From an uncultured Acidobacteriaceae bacterium (GTDB lineage Bacteria > Acidobacteriota > Terriglobia > Terriglobales > Acidobacteriaceae), in contig CAVWAN010000012.1 of assembly GCA_963752985.1 (NCBI GenBank), positions 98,933-162,932 on the forward strand: DNA of 64,000 nucleotides, given 5' to 3'. This document shows positions 42,972 to 52,288 of this stretch, one piece after another. The notes beneath the pieces were generated by a model. That model did not search any database and was not told the origin of the DNA. It saw only the letters and a list, made by a program, of their open reading frames with translations. Position 1 is the first letter of the stretch; each line of letters begins with the position of its first letter. Made by a program: the position numbers and the translations under genes.

Positions 42972-45152
42972 ATGGACCCATCTTCTATGCGACGAAAATT
43001 ATTGCTTGTTTCTCTTCTGTCTTTGACTTTCACTTCGATCTTTACCCATTCAATCCTGGCCTATGCGCAAACGGCAAAGCCCAAGCTCACCTTCGATGAA
43101 TTCTTCAACTCGGTCAGCTTCACCGCGGTGAAAGTTTCGCCCGATGGAAACTCGGTGGTCATCGAAACCGAGAGGGCCGATTGGGATGAGCAGATCTACC
43201 GGAAGGAACTCTGGCTCTACCGGGCCGCGGGCGGCGGCGGGAATCTGGTGCAATTGACGGTATCCGGGCATGACGGCTCGCCGCAATGGTCGCCCGACAG
43301 CCAGTGGATCGCCTTTCTCTCCACCCGCAAAGTCGGCGAAGGCAAAGGTGGAGAGGCGGGCGACTCCAATGACAATGACAAAGAAAAAGACAAAGACTTA
43401 CCCCAGCTATTCTTGATCTCCCCGAACGGCGGTGAGGCCTTCGCCGTCACTTCGGAAGGGGAAGCAGTCCATGCCTTTGCCTGGTCCAGCGATTCGAAGG
43501 CAATCATTTTCGCTACCCGCCAACCCTGGACCAAGCAACAAGACGACGATCACAAGAAAGAATGGAAGGACGTGATCCGCTACCGCGGCGACGAGCGCGG
43601 CGACCAGCTTTTCCGGATCAATCTCGCGGATGCCCTGGCCCGCCACGCCGCCCTCAGTTCCAAAGAAGTCCCCGATGCAGAGAAGGATTCCCATGTCACA
43701 CCCGGCGCAGTTCCAGTTACAAGCACGCCTCTGCATGTGCAGCAACTCATCGTCTCGCACGACGGCCGCCGGTTGGCTTTTGTGACTTCGTCGGTGTCCG
43801 AGCGCCAGGAGAAGGTCGAAGACATCGAACTCTACCTCGTCAACCTGGTTAGCAATACAGCCGAAGCCACGCCCATCCGACTAACCCGCAACGAAGCGGT
43901 GGAGCTGAACCTGGAATGGGCTCCGGATAATCGCCATTTGTTTTTTCAGGTGAACCTGGGATCGCTGGAACGAAAGTATGAGGATCCGCAGCCGCGCCTG
44001 TACTGGGTGGACTCGGACACTCGGGATGTCCAGCGCTGGTTCACAGACTTTCGCGGCGAAGTCGTGCATTACACGCTGCTGCCCGACGGCTCGGTGCTAT
44101 GCGCCTGCCGCATCGGAACCGAGGTGCAGTTGGTATCGCAGGCGGATCCGAAAGCCGCCACCGTGAAGCATGAAGGATGGGCTGGCACGTATGAAGCCCC
44201 TGCGTCTGCGTCACAATCTCAAAACACGCGCATAGCGTTTGCTTACTCGGCGACCGAGAGGCCTACGGAAGTTTATATAGCCGACGGCCCCGATAAACTG
44301 GCGCAAGCGCGGCCCATCACTTCTTTCAACAAGCTGTTCACCGAGCGGGAACTGCCGAAGGCCAAGCCTTATCGCTGGATTTCCGACGACGGTACGGCGG
44401 TGGAAGGTATGCTGATGTATCCGCCGGGAAAGTTTGAGGCGAAGAACCTGCCCATGTTCGTGTTCATCCACGGCGGACCGCAGGATGCCGACGGCAACCA
44501 CTTCGAGGCTGACTGGTATCAGTGGGATCGCTTGGCCGCCACCGCGGGCTGGCTGGTGTTCGAGCCGAACTATCGCGGATCCACCGGCTACGGAGACAAG
44601 TTCGCGCTTGCGATCGTGCCGATGCTTTTTTCCAGCCCGGGCCGAGATATTCTGGCGGGCATAGACGCGCTGGTGAAGGACGGAATTGCGAATGCCAATC
44701 AGCTCACCATTGGCGGCTACAGCTATGGCGGTTATTTGACCAACTGGTTGATCACGCAGACCACTCGTTTCAAGGCTGCCGTGACGGGAGCGGGAGGCGT
44801 GGAGAACGTCGCCGACTGGGGCAACGACGACTCTACTTCAGACGATGCTTATTTTCTAGGTGGCAAGCCCTGGGAAATGCCGGATCGTTATAACAGCGAG
44901 GCTGCGATTTTCCAGATCAATAAAGTGCGCACGCCCACGCACATGGTCGCCGGCGGCGACGATATTCGTGTCCCGGTGCTTGAGGACTACCTGCTCGATC
45001 GCGCCCTGCACGAACTGAATGTCCCAAGTGACCTGCTGATTTTTCCCGGTGAGGGACACTCGCTTGAGCAGAATCCCTGGCATGGGAAGGTCAAAGTGCG
45101 CGAAGAGCTGAAGTGGCTGGCAAAGTATGGCGGCGTGACGGGTACGAACTAA
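42972..45152 (+). CDS. S9-family serine peptidase (prolyl oligopeptidase / acylaminoacyl-peptidase type) with an N-terminal beta-propeller
   Basis: Signal peptide, propeller-like repeats (SPDG.., WSPDSQWIAF), the nucleophile elbow IGGYSYGGYL, and late GDDD and EGHS. Confidence 0.85.
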   Translation: MDPSSMRRKLLLVSLLSLTFTSIFTHSILAYAQTAKPKLTFDEFFNSVSFTAVKVSPDGNSVVIETERADWDEQIYRKELWLYRAAGGGGNLVQLTVSGHDGSPQWSPDSQWIAFLSTRKVGEGKGGEAGDSNDNDKEKDKDLPQLFLISPNGGEAFAVTSEGEAVHAFAWSSDSKAIIFATRQPWTKQQDDDHKKEWKDVIRYRGDERGDQLFRINLADALARHAALSSKEVPDAEKDSHVTPGAVPVTSTPLHVQQLIVSHDGRRLAFVTSSVSERQEKVEDIELYLVNLVSNTAEATPIRLTRNEAVELNLEWAPDNRHLFFQVNLGSLERKYEDPQPRLYWVDSDTRDVQRWFTDFRGEVVHYTLLPDGSVLCACRIGTEVQLVSQADPKAATVKHEGWAGTYEAPASASQSQNTRIAFAYSATERPTEVYIADGPDKLAQARPITSFNKLFTERELPKAKPYRWISDDGTAVEGMLMYPPGKFEAKNLPMFVFIHGGPQDADGNHFEADWYQWDRLAATAGWLVFEPNYRGSTGYGDKFALAIVPMLFSSPGRDILAGIDALVKDGIANANQLTIGGYSYGGYLTNWLITQTTRFKAAVTGAGGVENVADWGNDDSTSDDAYFLGGKPWEMPDRYNSEAAIFQINKVRTPTHMVAGGDDIRVPVLEDYLLDRALHELNVPSDLLIFPGEGHSLEQNPWHGKVKVREELKWLAKYGGVTGTN

Positions 45153-45192
45153 GGCTCTTCCCATCAGCTTTGGTTGGGAAGGTTTCGGGAAG

Positions 45193-45246
45193 GGCACGGC
45201 TTCAGCCGTGCCGCTCTCAGCGCCGCCAAAATACGGGCTTTAGCCC
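45193..45246. terminator. hairpins between convergent genes (peptidase and amidase)
   Basis: ggcacggc-ttca-gccgtgcc (45193-45212) and gggc-ttta-gccc (45235-45246). No strong U-tract, so REP-like. Confidence 0.4.
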
Positions 45247-45269
45247 CTGAGGGCCTCGCCCCGCCGCCC

Positions 45270-47759
45270 TTACTGGCGCGCTGTCGGCTTTTGCAACTGG
45301 GCAATTTTCGCGCGCGGGGAAGCTTGCTGATAGCGGGCGATGCCCTGGTAAAGCGCTTCGGCAATTTGCTGCCGGTACGTCGCGCTCTGCAGGTTGCGTT
45401 CGTCGGTGGGGCTGCTTACAAAAGAAATTTCGGTCAGAATGGAAGGCATGGTCGTACCGGTCAATACGGCGAAAGCCGAGTCCTTGATGCCCCGGTTGCG
45501 AATGTCTGGGCTGCTTGCGGCCAGCGTGGCGTAGAGAGAACGCTGCACGCTTGCCGCCAGCCGGCGCGACTCCTCGATTTTTTCGTGCAACCCTCCCGCC
45601 GATAACGATACCGGCGTCAGCTTGGGGGAAATTCCATCGTCGGGCTTTTCGACTTCCTTGGACCCCGGAGCCGAAAACAGATTCGTGTAGTAGGTTTCAA
45701 CCCCGCGCGCCGTTGCCGACCGGCTGTAGTTGGCGTGAACTGAGACGAACAGATCCGCTTGGCTCTGGTTGGCGAAGTCGGCGCGCTGGTCGAGCGGCAG
45801 GTAGCTGTCGCCGGTCCTGGTGAACATCACTTCCGACCCCAATCGCGCTCGCAGCAACTTGCCCAGGCGCTGGGTCACGTCGAGCACCAGATCCTTCTCC
45901 AGCAATCCTTCCCGGCCCACCGTTCCCAGGTCCCAGCCGCCGTGTCCGGCGTCGAGCACGATGCGAAATTTCCCAGTTCTTGCCGGTAGAGGTTGGCCAG
46001 GTGTCTGCACCGCCAAGGCCGCCACTGGAGCCGCTTTCGCCGGCGTCTGGTTGGGAGCCATGTGGTTGGTGGCCAATGTCTTCTCGCTGCTGCGCAACTC
46101 CACCACCAGTCGATAAGGGCTCGACTCCATGCTGACGGAGAAGTTCGATCCGTTCGTGGTGTCGAGCACGATTCGCGTTACGCCCGCGACCGGTTGGGCC
46201 ACGCGCACGCGAGTCAGCGAAGCGTCGCCGACATCCATGGTTTTTCCGTCCAGATCGGAAGACAGAACCGTGTCGTGCAGATCGAAGTAAATCCGCTCCG
46301 GCGACATTAAACGATGCACCTCGTAGGGAACGTTGTCTTCCATGTCAATGACCACCGTGCTTCCCATGGACGAAGACCAGTGCCGCACTCCCGTGATCTT
46401 TGGCAGCGCCGCCAGCTTGTCTGCCGCCACTGCGGCGAGGGGCGCGGCGTCGGAAGCGAGCTTCGACGGATTCATCAAATTGTCAGAGACTGCGGGAGAC
46501 AGACCGTCTGCCGGAGGTGGTGGCGTTGTCGTTATCGCCTCGCCTTCCATCCTGGTGATCCCCGTCTTACCGTGAAACTGCATGCCCCACCACGCTCCGG
46601 CTGAAAACAGCGCGGCCACGGCCACCAGACCCAGCACTGCCCTCAATCCCGGCCGTGAACTGCCGGGAAGGGAAAGTTGGCTCGGAAACGACAGGACCTG
46701 AGCCGGTTGTGCAGGAGGTGTCGGCTCCTCGATCGCAGATGGAGCTTCAAAGGTCTCGTCCGCAACGCTAAGCTCAGGCAACTCGACCAAGTCCGCGGGA
46801 ATCGCCACCGGCTCCTGCGCCAGCACCGTTGGTTCTGGAACCACGGCTGGAACGATTTCAGGAACCACGCCTGGAACCATGTCCGAAACCATGTCCGAAA
46901 CTATGTCCGGTACCGGGAAGGCTGGTTGTGGAGCTTGCAGCGTCGCGGGAGACGGGGCAGGCCCCGTTTCTACAGCGGATCGAGTCTCGATGGCCGCCAC
47001 ATCGGCAACCACTGGCGCTGCCGCAGGCGGCTTTGGCCGCAGGACATCGTTCGCCACATCCGACAGCCAGTGAATGCGCCGGTCCTGATCCGCAGGTTTG
47101 AGGGCGGAAAGAACCAGTTCCGAAAACAGATCGAGACAACGAACGTCGTAATCCGTGAACGCCCGCGTGGAGGTTGAAAACGCCTGCAGCACGCCGATTG
47201 CCTGGTTGCGGCCACCGAGCGGGACCAGCACCGTAGAACGAGCTCCGATGGCGCGCGCGAAATCCATTTCGACTCGAGCGTCGTCTTCGCAGTCATCGCA
47301 ACGAAGAATGCGTCCCGATTCCAGGCAGTCCTGCAGAAAGGCGGATTCGCACATCAAAGGAACGCCGCGGGCGAAGGCAAGCGGTCCGGCGGCAGCGCGG
47401 CATACCATCTGCGATCCTTCCGCTAGTGCGATCACGATGCCGCCGGCGTCGGTGATGGTTTGGGCGCGGTCCGAGATCAATTGCAGAACTTCGTCCAGGA
47501 TGAAGCGTTCGGTCTCAAACAAGTCGCGATCGGAGTCGCATCCCGTAGCCGCGCGCCGGTTTCGGATCTGCTCGTGGAGATCGGAGAAGGCGAGCAGCGC
47601 GCGCAGGGCTTCCTGACGCGCAATCGATTCGAGAACGCGGTTGCCTTGCTGCAGTGGAGAGCCGGGGTCCCCAGCACGCCCGCTTTTGGCGTGATGGGGT
47701 GAAGAGCCGGGTTCGACCGGCGCCGCTTCCCAGTCAACGCGAGTTGGATTGGCACTCAT
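45270..47759 (-). CDS. N-acetylmuramoyl-L-alanine amidase (Amidase_3, AmiC-like) with N-terminal GAF domain, TM helix and AMIN domain
   Basis: The C-terminus has FRIVLDAGHGGWDLGTVG, SVHANY and ILTEISFVS. The AMIN-like block is KITGVRHWSSSMGSTVVIDMEDNVPYEVHRL..PERIYFDL. The TM helix is GLRAVLGLVAVAALFSAGAWW. The N-terminal GAF-like block is GGIVIALAEGSQMVCRAAAG...STVLVPLGGRNQAIGVLQAFS. Confidence 0.85.
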   Translation of the reverse strand: MSANPTRVDWEAAPVEPGSSPHHAKSGRAGDPGSPLQQGNRVLESIARQEALRALLAFSDLHEQIRNRRAATGCDSDRDLFETERFILDEVLQLISDRAQTITDAGGIVIALAEGSQMVCRAAAGPLAFARGVPLMCESAFLQDCLESGRILRCDDCEDDARVEMDFARAIGARSTVLVPLGGRNQAIGVLQAFSTSTRAFTDYDVRCLDLFSELVLSALKPADQDRRIHWLSDVANDVLRPKPPAAAPVVADVAAIETRSAVETGPAPSPATLQAPQPAFPVPDIVSDMVSDMVPGVVPEIVPAVVPEPTVLAQEPVAIPADLVELPELSVADETFEAPSAIEEPTPPAQPAQVLSFPSQLSLPGSSRPGLRAVLGLVAVAALFSAGAWWGMQFHGKTGITRMEGEAITTTPPPPADGLSPAVSDNLMNPSKLASDAAPLAAVAADKLAALPKITGVRHWSSSMGSTVVIDMEDNVPYEVHRLMSPERIYFDLHDTVLSSDLDGKTMDVGDASLTRVRVAQPVAGVTRIVLDTTNGSNFSVSMESSPYRLVVELRSSEKTLATNHMAPNQTPAKAAPVAALAVQTPGQPLPARTGKFRIVLDAGHGGWDLGTVGREGLLEKDLVLDVTQRLGKLLRARLGSEVMFTRTGDSYLPLDQRADFANQSQADLFVSVHANYSRSATARGVETYYTNLFSAPGSKEVEKPDDGISPKLTPVSLSAGGLHEKIEESRRLAASVQRSLYATLAASSPDIRNRGIKDSAFAVLTGTTMPSILTEISFVSSPTDERNLQSATYRQQIAEALYQGIARYQQASPRAKIAQLQKPTARQ
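46837..46920. repeat. seven tandem 12-nt units inside the amidase linker
   Basis: ggaaccacggct ggaacgatttca ggaaccacgcct ggaaccatgtcc gaaaccatgtcc gaaactatgtcc ggtaccgggaag. On the minus strand this encodes PVPDIVSDMVSDMVPGVVPEIVPAVVPEP. Confidence 0.8.
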
Positions 47760-47992
47760 GCTTGCGCGGTCCGGACCCCAAAAAGTCAGTATTTTATCGT
47801 ATCCGTAACTGGTGGAATGTTCATTGCCGCTCTTGGTTCAAACACTCCAAACCGCGGGTGCGCGCAACGGTGCTTTCACCCAGCGACGGCAGCACAACTC
47901 CAGATTCCAGCGTAATAGTCTTTGGGAGGGTACAGCAATGTCCGTTAGTACACGTCCCTTTGCGGCATTGGGAACTCTCCACTAGGTGCGTT

Positions 47993-48961
47993 TTACGGAC
48001 GGCTGACGGCTGCTAGCTGACAGCTCTTGTACCACTCCACCGTACGGCGCAGGCCGTCTTCAAAGTTCACCAGAACCTTGTATCCCAAATGCTTTTGTGC
48101 CTGCGTGATGTCCGCCAGCGAATGTTTGATGTCCCCACCCCGCTCCGGACCGTACTTGACGTTGCCCTTGTATCCGGTCAATGGTTTCAAGGCGGCGAAG
48201 GTTTCATTCAGCGTAATCCGCCGGCCAGTGGCGCAGTTAAAAACGCGCCCGGAACACTCTGCCGCCGGGGCCGAGCAAGCCAGCAGATTCGCTGAGACCG
48301 CGTTGTCAATGTAGGTGAAATCGCGGCTGGTTTCGCCATCGCCGAAAATCTTAGGCTGTTCCCCGCGCAGCATCTGCATGCTGAATCTGGCGAGAACGCC
48401 GGAGTATGCCGAAGAAGGGTCCTGCCGCGGCCCGAAAATATTGAAGTAGCGCAGGCAGACGGTTTCCAGTCCATAGCAACGGTAGAACGACACCATGTAA
48501 AGCTCGCTGGCCAGCTTGGCCACGGCGTAGGGCGAGATCGGGTTGGGCGTCATGGCTTCGTGCTTGGGAAGTGTCGGTGTGTCTCCATACGCCGAGGATG
48601 AGGCAGCATAGACGACCCGCTTAACTTTCGCGTCGCGCGCCGCCACCAGAACATTGACCGTGCCGTCGACATTGACGCGGTTGCTGCCCAGAGGGTCGAG
48701 CACCGACTTGGGGACCGACGGAATGGCCGCCTGGTGCAGCACGTAATCGACGCCTGTGCACGCCTTGTGCATGGCGTCCAGATCAAGAATGTCAGCTTCG
48801 CGGAAATCGAACTCTGCCCGGCTCAGCACTTCGGTCAGGTTTTCGCGCTTGCCAGTGGAAAAGTTGTCGATGCCCCTAACCTCGGCGCCGCGCTCCAAAA
48901 GAGTGCGCACCAACGAAGATCCGATGAAGCCGGCGGCGCCGGTCACCAAATACTTGGCCAT
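47993..48961 (-). CDS. NAD-dependent nucleotide-sugar epimerase/dehydratase (WbpP/TviC-like 4-epimerase type SDR)
   Basis: MAKYLVTGAAGFIGSSL, DNFSTGKRENL, SSSAYG and YAVAKLASE (YxxxK). Confidence 0.85.
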   Translation of the reverse strand: MAKYLVTGAAGFIGSSLVRTLLERGAEVRGIDNFSTGKRENLTEVLSRAEFDFREADILDLDAMHKACTGVDYVLHQAAIPSVPKSVLDPLGSNRVNVDGTVNVLVAARDAKVKRVVYAASSSAYGDTPTLPKHEAMTPNPISPYAVAKLASELYMVSFYRCYGLETVCLRYFNIFGPRQDPSSAYSGVLARFSMQMLRGEQPKIFGDGETSRDFTYIDNAVSANLLACSAPAAECSGRVFNCATGRRITLNETFAALKPLTGYKGNVKYGPERGGDIKHSLADITQAQKHLGYKVLVNFEDGLRRTVEWYKSCQLAAVSRP

Positions 48962-49079
48962 AGACTTTTAATGATAACGGATGGATTGGCCAGCAGGTAC
49001 AGGGGCCCCATCACGGGAGTAACTTCGCACCGGAGCCCGCCAAACGGACCGCCAGCCCGAATATCCCTGGAGGAAGGAC

Positions 49080-49745
49080 TCAGGACCGGCGCACCCGTTT
49101 GGCGATCTGGTAGAACTCGGCGCGGGAAAGCAGTTGGTTGTTTTGAAAGAACCCCGCAATTTCACCGACAATAGTTTTCGGGTCGTCCGAGCCCAGGATT
49201 TCCTTTGTGGCAGGCTCCTCCGCCGGTTTGCCAACGTAGATCGTGCTGCGTCCAGAAAGTGCAGCGAGAAGTTGCCGCAGTTGCAGCTGTTCTAAGCGGT
49301 CGATGTCCGCAAAGCAGATGCCCATGCCCAGGGAAGGGTAGGTGGCGCGAACCGTGCCCGCAGTATGAATCCGGATACCGAACGACTTGAGTACAAGGTC
49401 CACTTTCGTGTCCACCGGAAACGTGGCGTTCATTTCCACATAACATCCGTGCAGGCTGACGTCAGTAAGAGTTCCCCACATGCGCACGTCGCTGCCTTGG
49501 ATTCGAAACTCCACGCTGCCGGAACAACGAAGTCTGGGGCTTTGCCGCCGATCTCTGAACCCGAGACCCGTGGTTGCGGCCCCAATTTTGCTGGTGCCGT
49601 CTGCCGCCGCAGCGGTGGGCACACCTTCCGCCAGCGGTGTTTTTAGCCGACGGAGATAGTTCACCCCGTCTCCACCCTTACTGGAGTCTGGCGACAACCC
49701 AGCTTGTTCGGGATGGATATTCGGGTCCACGAGCGCCTCCGACAC
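49080..49745 (-). CDS. PilZ domain protein
   Basis: RRQSPRLR (RxxxR) followed by TLTDVSLHGCYV (DxSxxG). Confidence 0.7.
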   Translation of the reverse strand: MSEALVDPNIHPEQAGLSPDSSKGGDGVNYLRRLKTPLAEGVPTAAAADGTSKIGAATTGLGFRDRRQSPRLRCSGSVEFRIQGSDVRMWGTLTDVSLHGCYVEMNATFPVDTKVDLVLKSFGIRIHTAGTVRATYPSLGMGICFADIDRLEQLQLRQLLAALSGRSTIYVGKPAEEPATKEILGSDDPKTIVGEIAGFFQNNQLLSRAEFYQIAKRVRRS

Positions 49746-49785
49746 AATACTGCTCTTAGTTGCATCGGAAGACTGCGGGAAAACT

Positions 49786-50388
49786 TTAGAATGCCGGCGA
49801 TGGCGGCAAAGCCGCGCGAATCTGGTTCCACAGTTCGTCTTTTCCGGCTCCGGTTTTGGCCGAAAACGCCACTATGGGCGCTCCGCCATAGGCTTGCCCG
49901 AGGGCGCGCATGGCCTGCTGCAACTGGTTGCCAGACATCCGGTCACACTTGGTGGCCACAATCGCGTGCGGCCGTCCTCTGGACGACAGGAACTCCAGCA
50001 ACTGGCCGTCGCTTTCCTGAGGAGGAATGTTCGGATCGACCAGCGCCAGGCACAGCACCAGGCTTGGGCGTTGGTGGAGGTAGGGATCGACAAACCGGGC
50101 CCAGTCGGCGGAAATTTCGCGCGAAACCTTGGCGTAGCCGTATCCCGGCAGATCGGTGAACAGCAGCTCGGGCTTCGGTTGTCCCGCCCGGCGGACTTCA
50201 TAAAAATTGATGCTGCGCGTGCGCCCCGGAGTATTGCTGGTACGGGCCAGCTTCTTGCCCACCAGCGTATTGATCACGCTCGATTTCCCGACGTTCGACC
50301 GTCCCAGAAAAGCGATCTCCGGCACACCGGGGGGAGGGAAGTGCGCCAAGTCGCTCGCCGACAGCATGAAATTCGCCAGAATCCGCAT
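49786..50388 (-). CDS. yihA: ribosome-biogenesis GTPase YihA/YsxC (EngB)
   Basis: GRSNVGKSSVINTL (G1), DLPGYGYA (G3) and TKCD (G4). The ATG at 50388 is preferred over the extended ORF to 50547. Confidence 0.85.
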   Translation of the reverse strand: MRILANFMLSASDLAHFPPPGVPEIAFLGRSNVGKSSVINTLVGKKLARTSNTPGRTRSINFYEVRRAGQPKPELLFTDLPGYGYAKVSREISADWARFVDPYLHQRPSLVLCLALVDPNIPPQESDGQLLEFLSSRGRPHAIVATKCDRMSGNQLQQAMRALGQAYGGAPIVAFSAKTGAGKDELWNQIRAALPPSPAF

Positions 50389-50565
50389 ACAGACAGTTTC
50401 CAGTGTATGGGTTGCGCAGGCAAACGCTTCAAAAAAAATAGTTCGCGGTGAGAGGGTCCAGCCGCGAAGCGGCGGAACAGGAAAGCCCGGCACGACAGTG
50501 CCGGGTAGGCGGGAGGGGGGAAGCCCGAGTCCCGTAAGGGACGGCACTGATTGCTTATGCGCACC

Positions 50566-50796
50566 CTAAAGCCCGAGCGGACGCTTCGGTTCCACGTCCT
50601 CTTCCTCAATCGGATGCAGTCTATGCCAGAGCGCGAGTCCGCCTGCGATGACCAGTCCAATGAGAACGCTGATCAGGAAAAATAGGCGATAAGCAGGCAG
50701 CGCGATCAGCAGAATCGCTACGACTGCAACCGCGACGATAAGACCCGCCGATCCCCTAAGGCTGAATCCAGACCGGCTGCCAGATTCCGGTTCCAT
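50566..50796 (-). CDS. small two-helix membrane protein, hypothetical
   Basis: 76 aa with two hydrophobic stretches (GLIVAVAVVAILLIALPAY; FFLISVLIGLVIAGGLALW). Confidence 0.4.
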   Translation of the reverse strand: MEPESGSRSGFSLRGSAGLIVAVAVVAILLIALPAYRLFFLISVLIGLVIAGGLALWHRLHPIEEEDVEPKRPLGL

Positions 50797-50837
50797 GAAA
50801 CTATTCTAGCGCCGCTCCAGTGGCCGCGGATCAGCCT

Positions 50838-51875
50838 TCAGGCCATCATCTCGGGAATTTCCATCAGCCCCAGGCGGAAGCAGTTGGAGAAAGCTTCCAC
50901 CACCGTGGGGTCGAAGTCCGAACCGCCGGCTTTGACGATGGTTTCTTTGGCTTCGAACGGGGACATGGCTTTGCGGTAGGGACGGTCGCTGGTCAGCGAA
51001 TCGTAAACGTCGGCCACGGAGAGAACACGCGCCTCAAGGGGAATATCTTCGCCGTGGGTTTTGTGGTATCCGGTGCCATCGAACTTGTCGTGGTGCGCCA
51101 GCACGATCGGGATCACGCGCGACAACGGGCCGGCGACGGGCTGCATCATCTGTACTCCCAAATCCACATGCTGCTTCATCTCATCGTATTCGTCGTCGGT
51201 CAGGCGCGCGGCCTTGTGCAGAATTTCACGGCTGACCTCCAGCTTTCCCAAATCGTGAATCAGGGCGGCGGCGCGAATGTCCTCAATGGTATCGGCGGGC
51301 AATCCCATTTGCGCCGCGATCTTGGCGGCGTAGACCGAAACCCGGTAAGAATGGTTCTGGGTGTATTTGTCTTTCGAAATAAACTGGCTGAGGATGATCA
51401 GCACGCCGTGGTAAGTACTGCGCAACTCGCGAAAGTGTTTCTGTTTATGCTCGTACAAAGTGCCCATGGCGTAGGCGTTGACCAGCAGAATCCCGCCCCA
51501 CACGATAATCTCAAACCATTTCTCCGCGATCGGCAGCGGAGCCACCTGATGGCCGAACAACACGGGATTGAAGTAGGTAATCAGCACCACCAGCAGCACA
51601 CTGCTCAGGGCAGTCAGGGTAGCGTGTCGTCGTCCATACACATAAGCCGAAAACAGCGTGGGCAGGGTGTACAAGCCGAGCAGCATGTGATGGGCGTCCA
51701 ACAGGGTGTTCAGCAGAGCCGTCACAACGAAGATCGAGAGCACCAGCCAGAGTTCGCGGTTCACTTCGCTGATGCGGCGCAGCCCATTAGACCGCAGACG
51801 TTGCAGCCAGGGCGCGGAATGCGCCGTGGTGAGATGGGCAGTTGCCTGCCCGGATTCGACCGAATCGATTTCCAT
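50838..51875 (-). CDS. membrane-anchored HD-GYP domain phosphohydrolase (c-di-GMP phosphodiesterase type)
   Basis: Five N-terminal helices, then HSYRVSVYA, LIHDLGKLEV and HHDKFDGTGYH (a variant of HHExxDGxGYP). Confidence 0.8.
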   Translation of the reverse strand: MEIDSVESGQATAHLTTAHSAPWLQRLRSNGLRRISEVNRELWLVLSIFVVTALLNTLLDAHHMLLGLYTLPTLFSAYVYGRRHATLTALSSVLLVVLITYFNPVLFGHQVAPLPIAEKWFEIIVWGGILLVNAYAMGTLYEHKQKHFRELRSTYHGVLIILSQFISKDKYTQNHSYRVSVYAAKIAAQMGLPADTIEDIRAAALIHDLGKLEVSREILHKAARLTDDEYDEMKQHVDLGVQMMQPVAGPLSRVIPIVLAHHDKFDGTGYHKTHGEDIPLEARVLSVADVYDSLTSDRPYRKAMSPFEAKETIVKAGGSDFDPTVVEAFSNCFRLGLMEIPEMMA

Positions 51876-52158
51876 AACTACCTACTGCTTACCGGGTGGC
51901 TTGATGATGCTGATGTTAGGTATCTACTTGGAAGATCGCAAGTTACGGCTGTAATCGGGAGTCATGGTTGCTGGATTGCGTGGCATGTTTACTCGGATGG
52001 TATTAACCCGTGTTTACTACTACCCCCCTCCCCCCGGTCTCTTGGAATCATGGGGTTAGGGTTGGGATTCCCGCCAGATCTTTGAGTTTAAAGGAGTTGC
52101 GGGTAAAATATTTATAAATCAACAACATACGTTGTCAAAGAGCGCTGAAAATGGGTTT

Positions 52159-52207
52159 GGGGCAGTTTCGAGGTCCGTCTTGGTGGGACGGGCTTCGAAA
52201 CTGCCCC
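52159..52207 (-). terminator. very stable ~22-bp hairpin downstream of the DUF5131 gene
   Basis: ggggcagtttcgaggtccgtc...gacgggcttcgaaactgcccc has 13 perfect pairs plus 8-9 more. Only a weak, displaced T-run follows on the minus strand (aaacccatttt). Confidence 0.45.
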
Positions 52208-52288
52208 AATCAGATAATTAATCGTCACGCGCGACGGGTCTTAAGTCAACCTATTTCGATCACGGATGGTTGTAATCTCCGGCCAGGT

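Noticed and set aside
50820-52085. 421-aa plus-strand ORF
   Set aside because: It is entirely antisense to the well-supported HD-GYP gene (50838-51875). It has low-complexity, His/Gln/Gly-rich composition typical of shadow ORFs in GC-rich DNA.
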